A stretch of DNA of 64,000 bases, taken from positions 170,137 to 234,136 of the forward strand of contig DOZJ01000002.1 in the NCBI GenBank assembly GCA_003518055.1. The letters run 5' to 3'. A program made the translations under genes and the position numbers. Shown one piece after another: positions 29,753 through 39,888 of this stretch. The notes beneath the pieces are model-generated. The model searched no databases. It saw nothing but the letters and a program-made list of their open reading frames with translations, and was not told the origin of the DNA. The stretch comes from Candidatus Falkowbacteria bacterium (GTDB taxonomy: Bacteria > Patescibacteriota > Patescibacteriia > UBA11705). Within the stretch, counting starts at the first letter, position 1. Each line of letters begins with the position of its first letter.

Positions 29753-29957
29753 GTTTCCGCGGCTCGACAATTATCAATGGATAAAATTAGTAAATCTTGG
29801 GAAAATAACTATACACTAGGTCCAAAGTAAATTAAAAAATTATCCCGACGGATTTTCTGATCAGCGTTAAAATTTTACCCCTTGATCGTTGTTCAAGATT
29901 GAATTATCATCAAGCGTTGGTTACATTTTACGGCGGTTGAAAATCGGTCTCAAATGT

Positions 29958-30602
29958 ATGACAACAGCCACCAAGGAAAAGGAAGCTGTCAGTGCGACAA
30001 TTAAAAAATTCAAAACTCCATTTCGCCAACCCGGCGGAACGTATTTTTATTCAACGGCCGTATGCGGCAAAAAGAATATTTTTGTTTGTGAGGCGTATAT
30101 GGATTTATTAGTTAATGCGTTCAAGTTGGCCGAAGTTCAGCATGATGTGAAAAGCTTGGCGTACGTCATCATGCCGAATCATTTTTACTGGGTTTTTCGT
30201 CTGAGCGAGAATCAGGACAACCCGGGCGCGGTTTATGGCACGGTCAAAAAAGAAGTCACGCTCGAAATTTTAAAACTGCTCAGCGCCGAAGCCAAAAACG
30301 AATCAGACCGCAAGGAGATGCTGGAAATTTTCAAAAGCAATGACGCGGTCAAGCGCTCTGAACCAAAACATATTTTATGGGATTTCAAGCAGGCGGCCAA
30401 GGTTCTGGATGACGGCCGAAAATTTGTGGTTTGGGAGAAAAAAAGTAAAGTTTTTCCCATCAACGATGAAAAATCTTTGATTCGCAACCTTCGGTTTGTG
30501 GCCGATGCGCCTGTTCGTGATCGTTGGCATCTGGTCGAACGTAATTTGGATTATCCGTATTTATATGTGGCGGAAGAATTCCAATCAAAAATAATGGCCT
30601 AG
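29958..30602 (+). CDS. RAYT/IS200-like HUH (Y1) transposase homolog with degenerate catalytic motifs
   Basis: GGTYFYST, LAYVIMPNHFY and DYPY layout matches RAYTs. Confidence 0.7.
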   Translation: MTTATKEKEAVSATIKKFKTPFRQPGGTYFYSTAVCGKKNIFVCEAYMDLLVNAFKLAEVQHDVKSLAYVIMPNHFYWVFRLSENQDNPGAVYGTVKKEVTLEILKLLSAEAKNESDRKEMLEIFKSNDAVKRSEPKHILWDFKQAAKVLDDGRKFVVWEKKSKVFPINDEKSLIRNLRFVADAPVRDRWHLVERNLDYPYLYVAEEFQSKIMA

Positions 30603-30663
30603 TGTTTAATTCTTAATATGGGGGCCGGTGGTTCGTCCACCGGCTCCCGAAGGAGGGTTTCAT

Positions 30664-32616
30664 ATGACCCACAAATTATTGAGGTTAACGCTAGCGATTG
30701 GATTGGCGTTCATCTTATTCTCCGGCGGGGTTCAAGCGGAGGAAATAACTATTGATGCTATTCCCGCGGTTTGTACCTGTACTTGTAATTTTAGCTTTGA
30801 TCCTGAAAATATACCTTCTCTTGAAGATTTAGAGATCGAAGCGGAGGCGGATTTATCATCTGAATATTCTGTTTCTCCCGATGATATTGTCATCTCTGAG
30901 TTCGTGGCTGACCCTGTTTCAAATGAGAGTGAGTGGGTGGAATTGTATAACCAAACAGCATACAATCTAGATCTGACCGATTGGTATTTGCTTGAGGGCG
31001 CGGGGCGGCGGACGGATATTGCCGAGATAATACCGGCGGGAAGTTATTTGGTTGTTGAAACCACCAATTTGAATAATAGCGGGGATACGATTATCGTGAA
31101 AAATCACGATGATGTGGTTATCACTTCATTGGATTATGGTGATTTTAACTCTGGGGTTGCCGCCAATAATGCCCCGAGCCACATTGATCCAGACTCAGTT
31201 ATCCGTCTACCGGATTCATCATATGCTGTAACCGAGGTTCCGACTCCGGGCGAGCCCAATGTATTTATCTCGCCAATAATTGAGGTTGATGATTCTGATG
31301 AGATAAATATCCCATTGGTTGAGACCGGCGGTGATGATGTTGTCATTTCTTCGGATGAGAGCGATGAGTCACAAGATAGTTCAACTGAGCCGAGTTATGA
31401 GTTGTCTCCTGATATTATGATTACGGAAATTTTTCCCGATCCGGCTGGAGCGGATTCAAATTTTGAATGGGTTGAATTATTCAACTCTGGCAGTTCGGCG
31501 GTGAATTTATCGGGCTGGATTTTAGACGACATTGATGGCGGCAGCTCCCCGTATGTAATTTCTGAATCTTTGATTATTCCTGGTTTGGGATATCAAAGCT
31601 TCGACAAAAGCGTTACCGGTTTATCACTCAATAATAACGAAGACAGTGTCAGATTGATTGATCCGATTGGCGCGGTTATTTCCAGTATTGATTACAGTCG
31701 TGCTGTTGAAGGGCAAAGTTATGGTTATGCTGAATCCGGCTGGTTTTGGTCCGAAGACCCAAGCCCGGGCGAGGTAAACGCGACTCCGCTTACAGAAACA
31801 GAAGATCAAATGGCTGTGGCCGATGTTTCTACTTCCACCAAAACAAACCAAACGAAAAGTAAAACCGAGTTAAACTATAAAATTGTCTTACCCGCTGAGA
31901 TTAAAAATTTAGTCAAAGGTGATTTGGTCGAGACCTCCGGCGTAGTTGCTGTCCCACCGAATGACTTTAGCGCCAAAATCGGTTATCTTGACGGTGTTCA
32001 GATTTATAATTCCAAAGCCGCCTGGCCAAACTTAAGCCGCGGCGATCGCGTGACGGTGCGGGGAAAAGTTTCCGAGTATTTTAGCGAGAAGCGAATCCTC
32101 ATCGACTCGGTCGATGATGTCATTATGGTTGATAGTGGTGAATTGGCGCCGTTAAAAATCGATACCCGCGACTTTACGCCTGAGATTGTGGGTCGCTACG
32201 TTCGTTTTGATGGGAAAATTGTTGACCGATCCGGATCCAAACTGACTTTGGCGGACGATTATGGCGAGGGGCTGGCGGTTATAAAGGCCGACACCGGCAT
32301 TTCGAGCGCGGAGTTTTCATCAGGTGATAATGTGAACATTATCGGTGTTTTGAGTCAATACAAAGATGAGATCCGGCTCATGCCGGCCTCGCCCGCCGAT
32401 ATTGTTGTTCCTGAGTTGGCCGCGCGCGAAGCCGAGGGGCTCCCGGGCGCCAGTCAGCTGCTACCGCTTTCGGTTTCCAGCCGGACGCCCGTTGTTGTTA
32501 TTTCTATCATTTCGGCGCTGGCTCTGCTCGCCGTCTGGCAGCGGAAATTCTTGTCCGAACAGATGAAAAAAATTATTGGATTGATTCGAGCAAAATTAAA
32601 TCAACCGATTGTTTAG
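30664..32616 (+). CDS. Surface protein with two lamin-tail domains, OB-folds and C-terminal TM
   Basis: ISEF..EWVELYN..TPG repeated twice; GDRVTVRGKVSEY OB-like region. Confidence 0.8.
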   Translation: MTHKLLRLTLAIGLAFILFSGGVQAEEITIDAIPAVCTCTCNFSFDPENIPSLEDLEIEAEADLSSEYSVSPDDIVISEFVADPVSNESEWVELYNQTAYNLDLTDWYLLEGAGRRTDIAEIIPAGSYLVVETTNLNNSGDTIIVKNHDDVVITSLDYGDFNSGVAANNAPSHIDPDSVIRLPDSSYAVTEVPTPGEPNVFISPIIEVDDSDEINIPLVETGGDDVVISSDESDESQDSSTEPSYELSPDIMITEIFPDPAGADSNFEWVELFNSGSSAVNLSGWILDDIDGGSSPYVISESLIIPGLGYQSFDKSVTGLSLNNNEDSVRLIDPIGAVISSIDYSRAVEGQSYGYAESGWFWSEDPSPGEVNATPLTETEDQMAVADVSTSTKTNQTKSKTELNYKIVLPAEIKNLVKGDLVETSGVVAVPPNDFSAKIGYLDGVQIYNSKAAWPNLSRGDRVTVRGKVSEYFSEKRILIDSVDDVIMVDSGELAPLKIDTRDFTPEIVGRYVRFDGKIVDRSGSKLTLADDYGEGLAVIKADTGISSAEFSSGDNVNIIGVLSQYKDEIRLMPASPADIVVPELAAREAEGLPGASQLLPLSVSSRTPVVVISIISALALLAVWQRKFLSEQMKKIIGLIRAKLNQPIV

Positions 32617-32820
32617 TCAAAGACACGGGACGCCGTGTCTTTCTCTATCGTTGAAGAATGGTGTATGGGCTAAAAATTATGGTTTATTCAGTAATTGGAT
32701 CGTGATTATGTGTTGATAACTATCAGGGTATTCTCTTGGTCGTGAAAGGGATTTTGTGGTATAATTTTACTAGAAAAATAAGCCATAAGAGACCATGCTG
32801 GCTAATTTTGCATACATACT

Positions 32821-35496
32821 ATGAATTTGACTGGAATCACACGAATTATCGGTTCTGGTTTGTCTCGGATTTTAAATTTATTCCGGTTTCGGTATCCCAA
32901 AACCGTTCTGGTGGTTTTTGTTGGATTGATTCTCTCATCATTTGTCGTTGCCGGCTTTGTTTTTGCCGCTGGCGGCACCGTCGATTCTATCCTGCAGTTT
33001 TTGGGCAAAATTTTATCCTATTTGGCTTATGGTATCGCTTATATTTTGAGTTTGCTGGTCAGTCAAATTTTTGTGCTCCTGATTGTCGCCAGCTCTTATG
33101 ACAACTTTTTCAATGAAGCGGTCAATAAAGGCTGGGTGATTATTCGCGATCTGGTCAACATGGGGCTTGTGATCATATTGTTAGTTTACGCCTTCGGGAT
33201 GATTTTCCGCATGGAGGACAAAGTTGGCGGCAACAAAGCTCTGGCCAAGATTATTCTCGTGGCGGTTTTGATCAACTTCAGCAAACTGGCGGCGGCCCTC
33301 ATGATTGATATCGCGCAGGTTTTTATGATGACCTTTGTCAATGGCTACGCGGCTACGGCCGGTGGCAATTTGATCCAAGGTATCGGTATGGCTCAGTATT
33401 TTGATTTCGCGACGAATAGCGCGGGTGAAACGACCGATTGGATAAAGCTGCTCGGCATGTTGGCCTTTACCATTGTTTTTTTGATTTTCACCGGCATCAT
33501 CACCTTTATGTTGGTGATCGTTCTTTTGACGCGGATTGTGATGCTCTGGATTTTAATTATCCTGTCTCCAATCGGATTTCTCAATTTTATTGGATTTAAG
33601 GGAATCTCAACTTATACCCAGATGTGGTGGTCCGAGTTTAGTAAGGCGGTTATTGTCGGTCCGGTCGTGGCGTTTTTCTTGTGGTTGTCGCTCCTTATGA
33701 TGTCTGATGCCCAAAATAATTTTAATACGCCCAAAATTGAAGAACAGGCAGCTCTAACCACTTCCGGCCAAGCCGGCGGTGTGGGACGAACTCAGCATCC
33801 ATTGGAAAATCTGGAAATGTTTATTCCGGCCGTGATGTCGCTTGCCATGCTCTACGGCTCATATAAAATTACACAGAAAATCGGCGGCGCGGTGGCCGGC
33901 GGTGCGGGCCGATGGGCCTACGCCAAAGGCCAGAAATACGCCGGCGCTCAATCTTGGAAGAAAGGTGGTTTCCTTAACAAGGGAACACGGAGTGTCGGTA
34001 GATTTACCGCCAAAAAAGTGGCTCCAGTTTTGGCCAGTCGCCCTGTTAAGGCGTTGGCTGGGTTAGCTGGTGGCGCTGGTGGCGCAGTTTTAGGCGGTGT
34101 TCGCAGTTTAGCTCGAATCCCGGAAAATATTTTCAGGGGTGGCGCTAAAGGCTTTCGCGAGGGATTTGAATCTTTCGCTCCTGCCGCCGGTGGAGTCGGA
34201 AAGGGAAGACGATTGGCTCAAAATGTCTTGGCCGGTGTTGTTGGCGGCGTGGGTGCTCTCGGTGGTGCTCTTGGCTATGGCGTGGTCCAAACCGTTGGGT
34301 CTGGTGTTTATCGTGGTACTGGGGGAGCTTACAGTCGAACAGGGAAACTTATTGATCATGCTACCTCAAAGTTGGCACTGGATGATATTGCAAAATATGA
34401 TAAAAAACTTGAAAAATATAAAGGCGATGATCCTCAAGGCAAGGCCACATTGCGTCAAACCATGAGGAATGAAGGCCGCACGATGGAAGAGCGCGCCGCG
34501 GCGATGAGAATTTTAGGTCAACAGGGTGATCTCGGCGGAGCTGATGCTGAGGACGTTAAGGCTATTCGGCGCGCGTTTTCTAGCCGTAAAGGCGTTATGA
34601 CCGGGTTGAAGCTGGGAGACAGCTTGAAGCATTTGGAGTATGATTTGACGACCGAAGAAGGTAAAGACCAGTTTAAAACCGCGATTAAAAACAAAAAAAT
34701 TGATGTGTCTAAGTTGGATTCAAGCGCCTTGGATGATACTGTCGTGGTTGAGGCTATGCAGGATGCGCTTGGTAATAAAGGATTTACCCAGAAACTTCAG
34801 GTAATGGTTGAAAATAATCCCCAAGCCAAAGATCGCGTAGTTCAAACCCTTGAAGCTCGAATTAACGCAGCCGGGACCAGTAACGCGGACAAAAGCCGAA
34901 TGCGTCAGGGGCAAGCCAAAGTTGCGAAATCATTTAACATTACGGTTGATGGCCCTGGTGGAACCAAGGTAACGAAAAACGTTTTTGCCGGCAGCGGCCT
35001 CAGTCCTCAGCAGCAAGCGCATGAAATGGCGCAGTTTGTTGGTAGTGTTAAAGGTGAGGATCTGGCCAAGATCCCTGCGGCTGAATTATCCGCCTTAGAT
35101 CCAGATCAGCTTCAAGCGTTTCTGAGCAGCGTTTCTCGTGAACAACTAGGGAATATAGCCTCTGAGTTCGGGCCGGGTGAAGCTGAAAATATGATCGCCC
35201 AACTCCAAGCTCAATTCACCGCCATGAGTGCTACGCCGCCCGCGGCGGGCTCCGCGGCCGCGAGACGATTCTCGCGTATGTCAAACAATATGGAGGAGAT
35301 GGCCCTTGATCCGCGGTTGATGGGAACGGAATTTGATAATCTGAGATCCGGAGCAGCTCAAACAATCATCAATAATAAAATTGCCGATCTTACTGCCCGA
35401 AGATCCGTAGCCGGTTTAACCACAGCTCAAATTGAGGATATTGATGATGATATTGTTGCTTATAACAAGAAGCTGACGAAGCTTAGAACCATGTAA
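32821..35496 (+). CDS. VirB6/TrbL-like polytopic membrane protein with long C-terminal tail
   Basis: GWVIIRDLVN, LINFS, RIVMLWILIILSPIGF, WWSEF; context with PrgI and VirB4. Confidence 0.7.
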   Translation: MNLTGITRIIGSGLSRILNLFRFRYPKTVLVVFVGLILSSFVVAGFVFAAGGTVDSILQFLGKILSYLAYGIAYILSLLVSQIFVLLIVASSYDNFFNEAVNKGWVIIRDLVNMGLVIILLVYAFGMIFRMEDKVGGNKALAKIILVAVLINFSKLAAALMIDIAQVFMMTFVNGYAATAGGNLIQGIGMAQYFDFATNSAGETTDWIKLLGMLAFTIVFLIFTGIITFMLVIVLLTRIVMLWILIILSPIGFLNFIGFKGISTYTQMWWSEFSKAVIVGPVVAFFLWLSLLMMSDAQNNFNTPKIEEQAALTTSGQAGGVGRTQHPLENLEMFIPAVMSLAMLYGSYKITQKIGGAVAGGAGRWAYAKGQKYAGAQSWKKGGFLNKGTRSVGRFTAKKVAPVLASRPVKALAGLAGGAGGAVLGGVRSLARIPENIFRGGAKGFREGFESFAPAAGGVGKGRRLAQNVLAGVVGGVGALGGALGYGVVQTVGSGVYRGTGGAYSRTGKLIDHATSKLALDDIAKYDKKLEKYKGDDPQGKATLRQTMRNEGRTMEERAAAMRILGQQGDLGGADAEDVKAIRRAFSSRKGVMTGLKLGDSLKHLEYDLTTEEGKDQFKTAIKNKKIDVSKLDSSALDDTVVVEAMQDALGNKGFTQKLQVMVENNPQAKDRVVQTLEARINAAGTSNADKSRMRQGQAKVAKSFNITVDGPGGTKVTKNVFAGSGLSPQQQAHEMAQFVGSVKGEDLAKIPAAELSALDPDQLQAFLSSVSREQLGNIASEFGPGEAENMIAQLQAQFTAMSATPPAAGSAAARRFSRMSNNMEEMALDPRLMGTEFDNLRSGAAQTIINNKIADLTARRSVAGLTTAQIEDIDDDIVAYNKKLTKLRTM

Positions 35497-35519
35497 TGTC
35501 AAAGTAATAGAAGTAAAAT

Positions 35520-37013
35520 ATGCCGGACAATATTAATGATAAAATTAAAGGGTTGCCGCCGAAGGTTAGACAGATCCTTTTGGCGGATTTTGGTGTTGAT
35601 GTAATGAAACAGCTGTCTGAAAAGTATTATTTTTCCATTCTGGACTCGGCCGCCTTGACCAAAATCATTACCATGGCTTTTTTGAAAGAACTGCCGATTG
35701 ACACCATGGAAGCGGCCATTGCCAAAGAAGTGGATGTGGACAAAAAACAGGTCCGGCCGCTTCTGATCGAAGTCCTTGGCCGGCGTTTGTTGGTAGCAGA
35801 TGATTATTTCGAGGGAAAAGTGACTGAGCAGTTAACCGCACTCAAAACTGATCCAGCGTCTTTTACTACCGATGTCAAAAACTATAAAGACGCGGTCCGC
35901 AAAGAATTTGCCAAACCCAAAGCAAAATTAGAGTCTCCGGCGTCTGATGAAGAAGAACGCAATATCGTCGAAGAACGCATCCCCGAACTGAAAATCGGCG
36001 ACCCTGAGTCCGAGCTGCGGGAAATGTCCACCTTATTGAAGGAACACGCGGTTTTTACCGTCACCACCGATGAACTGCTTTTCCGTGTAGATGCCAACAT
36101 TATTATCATTACCCTGCTCCAAACCGCCAAAGAAGTCCAGCCGGAATTGATCAAGGCGCTCCTCGCCAATGAGGAAAAAATCGGGACCAAAAAAATTGAC
36201 CATCAAGGTGAACAATGGGATCCGACCATTGGCAATTGGCTGAAAGATTATGTCAGTTTTCTCCCATTCAATGAGAATGAAAAACTCAGCACTCTCCACA
36301 AAGCCAAATATTACGCGGAAAATTCCAGCGTCAAAAATTTGACCGATGAAGAGAAACAGCTCCTCGATCGGATTTTTGATACTTATGAAAATATCCGAAA
36401 TTTTTATTTTGATTTGGACACCATGCCGATCAGTGATATTCAGATATTCCCTTTTACCGAAGACGAACAAGACAAATTTTTCGCTCAATACGGCCACGGA
36501 ACGCCGGAGCACACCGAAGCCGGCACCGCCGATCAAGGCTCAGAGTTGGATCCGATGAAAGGCAATGAGCGCGACAATGACGCGGTCGAAATATATTACA
36601 ATCAATTAGTTGAAACGACTCGCAAGGATCGCAAACGGCTGAGCGACCAGCTATACAAAGACATTCTTGAACGCAAAAAAATCGAGATTTTGGCCGGTTT
36701 GAAACTCCTGATTGAGGTCGGGTTGGTCGATAATGTGGTGATGGAGGATAAACGCTATCGCGACCTTCTGGCCGCCCATTACAAACGCAATGCTATGACG
36801 GTGGAACTCAAAGCCTTTGAATCGGGCGATATTGAACCCGGACATGTCAAACAGTTTATCAAATATTTGTTGACCGAACGTCTCGGTATGACCGAAAGCA
36901 CCAGCGGTTACTGGGCGGTGCAGTTTGGCAACATGTTCCGCGCGCAGGGCAAAAAAGACTTGGCGCAGATGGCTTATTTTGACATGCCAAACAAAGAATT
37001 CAAATGGTTATAA
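35520..37013 (+). CDS. Hypothetical protein in T4SS-like cluster
   Basis: 497-aa ORF, PTIGNWLKDY motif, co-oriented. Confidence 0.7.
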   Translation: MPDNINDKIKGLPPKVRQILLADFGVDVMKQLSEKYYFSILDSAALTKIITMAFLKELPIDTMEAAIAKEVDVDKKQVRPLLIEVLGRRLLVADDYFEGKVTEQLTALKTDPASFTTDVKNYKDAVRKEFAKPKAKLESPASDEEERNIVEERIPELKIGDPESELREMSTLLKEHAVFTVTTDELLFRVDANIIIITLLQTAKEVQPELIKALLANEEKIGTKKIDHQGEQWDPTIGNWLKDYVSFLPFNENEKLSTLHKAKYYAENSSVKNLTDEEKQLLDRIFDTYENIRNFYFDLDTMPISDIQIFPFTEDEQDKFFAQYGHGTPEHTEAGTADQGSELDPMKGNERDNDAVEIYYNQLVETTRKDRKRLSDQLYKDILERKKIEILAGLKLLIEVGLVDNVVMEDKRYRDLLAAHYKRNAMTVELKAFESGDIEPGHVKQFIKYLLTERLGMTESTSGYWAVQFGNMFRAQGKKDLAQMAYFDMPNKEFKWL

Positions 37014-37143
37014 GGCGGTTCTTTCAGGCCCTTCGATTTTACTCCGATGGAATCCAAAGCAGTTAGATGGTCTGTGTTATCCTTCGAAAATAGAATTGGT
37101 AATTGCTTAAGGGTTAATTTTACTTCTCTTATCATTCATCATT

Positions 37144-38445
37144 ATGCCCAACACTGACGACTACATTTTGGTCAAAGACAAAGACGGCAATCTGAAATAT
37201 TACAAGGATGGCCGGTATTTTTCGATTGAAGAAATCGAGGCCGGTGAAAAGAAATCTGCACCAACAACCAAACCAAAAACAGATGATGATGATGTGGTTC
37301 ATGATGAACACATGAAATCAGCTAATGGCGAACTGGATAGATTGGTTGAATCAACCGTCGACAAAATTATTGATCAGCTCAAAATAAAATTTACCGACAC
37401 CAAGATAAAACAGCGTTTTTATACCATTCTCAGCTCAAAGCTGCGAGAAATTCGGTCCGACAAGGAAGTGAGATACATGTTGACCGTACCAAAAGCTGAA
37501 GGCGGTCTCGGCTTAGATGAGCAAAAAGCAGATTTGGTTCTAACCGTGGTCAAAAAACATGAAAGTGATTTATCCAAAAGCAAAAATCAAATTACATCAG
37601 ACGCCATTGCCAAAAGCGGTTCGATTAAACCTGCTCCAAGTCCCGTTCCGCCAAAACTCACGCAACCAAAACCGATTGACCCAATAACACCAAAAATTGA
37701 AGCGCCAAAACCGGCTCCGGCCAAAAAACCGGCTGCATTGGAAACGGTAATTGATGTTACGGACTTAGATCGGCTTAAAGCCAAATTTCTCGCACCCAAA
37801 CCCGAAATTAGCCAACCTGAACCACCGGAACCAAAACTTGAAATCACCCAAGCTTTAGCTTCAGGGCCTAAACCAGAAACCAGCCCAGATAAACCTTCAG
37901 CGCTTATCCAACCAAAACCGCAACCATCAACCCCACCGGCACCGGCGCCTAAAGCCAAGTATGATTTTGTTGATGAGCTCATTGGTAAAGGACAACCTGA
38001 GCTTAAACCAGAGGATATTATCACTCGGCGTCAGGATTCAGGCGACAAAAAACCGCCGATGCGAAAACCATTGCCGCCCAAAAATCACCAGACTATGGAT
38101 TCTGGTACTGTTAAGCCATATCTCATGGGGCCGGTTGAGGAACTGCGGACCCTTGATCTGGAAAATTTTGTCCGTATGGGAACTTCTCCGCGCGATACCG
38201 CTGACAATATTTATGAAAAAATCGCCACGCTAAAAGCCGAATCTTGGCGCCGCGGCCTTGAAGGTGTCGCCGCTTGGAAGTCATCACCAGTTTTCAAATT
38301 GTATACTCAGATGGGAGTTGACAGTATCGTTCACGGCAAATCGATTGATCAGGTGATCGTTGACCGTCAGATCGCCAATCAAGAAAGCCTATCTCCCGAT
38401 CAATTCCAGGCAATTCTGGAGCTGAGCCAGCGCTTTGACGCTTGA
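37144..38445 (+). CDS. Hypothetical protein with Pro-rich linker in T4SS-like cluster
   Basis: 433-aa ORF; GGLGL and GPVEEL blocks flank a P/K-rich region. Confidence 0.7.
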   Translation: MPNTDDYILVKDKDGNLKYYKDGRYFSIEEIEAGEKKSAPTTKPKTDDDDVVHDEHMKSANGELDRLVESTVDKIIDQLKIKFTDTKIKQRFYTILSSKLREIRSDKEVRYMLTVPKAEGGLGLDEQKADLVLTVVKKHESDLSKSKNQITSDAIAKSGSIKPAPSPVPPKLTQPKPIDPITPKIEAPKPAPAKKPAALETVIDVTDLDRLKAKFLAPKPEISQPEPPEPKLEITQALASGPKPETSPDKPSALIQPKPQPSTPPAPAPKAKYDFVDELIGKGQPELKPEDIITRRQDSGDKKPPMRKPLPPKNHQTMDSGTVKPYLMGPVEELRTLDLENFVRMGTSPRDTADNIYEKIATLKAESWRRGLEGVAAWKSSPVFKLYTQMGVDSIVHGKSIDQVIVDRQIANQESLSPDQFQAILELSQRFDA

Positions 38446-38493
38446 GTTTCATTTTTTAGTCACGTATATTTTTTCCATTGAATAAAGTTTTCT

Positions 38494-39006
38494 ATGCCCA
38501 GCCAATTTGTCGTACCCCAATTTATCGATGTCGAAGACAAAATTCTCGGACCGGTCACGATTCGCCAGTTTACGATTATGATGATTGCTTTGGTCGTGGG
38601 GGCGATAGAATATAAATTACTCAATTTCGCTGTTTTTGTTCCAATCGCGATCATTACCGTTGGCAGTGCGGCCATTGTCGCGTTCGCGCGCGTGAATGGC
38701 CGGCCGATTCATTTTTTCCTGTTGAGTTTTTTACAAACGTTACGCCGGCCGCCACAAAGAGTTTGGAACAAAGCCGCTTATATCAGCGGCGTGCAGGAAG
38801 TCAAAGAAGTCCATGAGATTATTCATGAAGAGGTTAAAGTTAAGTCTGAAGTTTCCGAATCGCGCCTAAGAGATTTGTCTTTGTTAATCAATACCGGCGG
38901 CGTTTATCGCACCGATGATGATTTTTTTGCCGATCAGGTGGCGGAAGATCAAATGAAAAAGAAGAAGACGGCCGGTCAAGAAGCAGGCAAAGAGTCACCG
39001 TTATAA
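38494..39006 (+). CDS. PrgI-family (VirB3-like) membrane protein
   Basis: QFVVPQFIDVEDKILGPVTIRQF plus two TM. Confidence 0.85.
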   Translation: MPSQFVVPQFIDVEDKILGPVTIRQFTIMMIALVVGAIEYKLLNFAVFVPIAIITVGSAAIVAFARVNGRPIHFFLLSFLQTLRRPPQRVWNKAAYISGVQEVKEVHEIIHEEVKVKSEVSESRLRDLSLLINTGGVYRTDDDFFADQVAEDQMKKKKTAGQEAGKESPL

Positions 39007-39119
39007 ATGGTAATCAGTCTTGCCGGTTTTATCAGAGATTATTTATCCGGAGTTAGTCGTTTCAATAGTTATTGTTTTATCCTAAGTATAATAATTACCT
39101 TGACCTTAATCATACATAT

Positions 39120-39821
39120 ATGCCCGCCAAAACCCAAGAAATGCAAAATAAAAAACTGGCCGGAAACAAAATTTCACACTCGACGCAGTTGTTTTTGGAT
39201 GTCGCGGAAATCAAGAATAATACTGTTATAATGAAGGACGGTACTCTTCGGGCGGTTGTGATGGTTTCGAGTTTGAATTTCGCCTTGAAATCCGAGGACG
39301 AGCAAGACGCGGTGGTTTCTTCTTACGTCAGCTTTCTCAATTATCTTGACTTCCCGATTCAAGTGGTGATTCAATCCCGAAAACTCGATATTTCCAAATA
39401 TCTTGGGCGTCTGGCTGATCGAGAAAAAGAGATATCCAACGAATTACTGCGCCGGCAAATGGTCAATTATCAAGCCTATATCAAAGAGCTGGTTGAACTG
39501 GGGGATATTATGAATAAACGATTTTTTATTGTCGTTCCCTACCGGGCGGTTGAGGATACAAAGCGCGGATTTTTTTCCCGTTTTGGCGAAGCTTTGACTC
39601 CGGGCAAGGTAATTAAACTTAATCAGGAAAAGTTTGAAAAATACCGCTATACTTTGAATCAGCGGGTTGAGCATGTCAAGATGCATATCAGCGAGCTTGG
39701 TTTGGAAGCCGTGGTTTTGGATACTCAGGGACTGATTGAGCTCTACTACAACGCGTACAACCCTGACGTCGCCGACAAACAAAAAATGCCGGATATCTCG
39801 AAACTTCGTTTGTCCGATTAA
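39120..39821 (+). CDS. TraC/VirB4 N-terminal-like accessory protein
   Basis: VSSLNFALKSEDEQ...FPIQVVIQSR; precedes VirB4. Confidence 0.75.
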   Translation: MPAKTQEMQNKKLAGNKISHSTQLFLDVAEIKNNTVIMKDGTLRAVVMVSSLNFALKSEDEQDAVVSSYVSFLNYLDFPIQVVIQSRKLDISKYLGRLADREKEISNELLRRQMVNYQAYIKELVELGDIMNKRFFIVVPYRAVEDTKRGFFSRFGEALTPGKVIKLNQEKFEKYRYTLNQRVEHVKMHISELGLEAVVLDTQGLIELYYNAYNPDVADKQKMPDISKLRLSD

Positions 39822-39888
39822 CCTAACTTGGAGTTTCTAGAGTTATCAAAATGTGACCCATGATATTTTATACTAATCAAATGTTTAT

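Noticed and set aside
29958-30602. Active IS200/IS605 element
   Set aside because: No tnpB, no evident subterminal hairpins, and catalytic residues are substituted.
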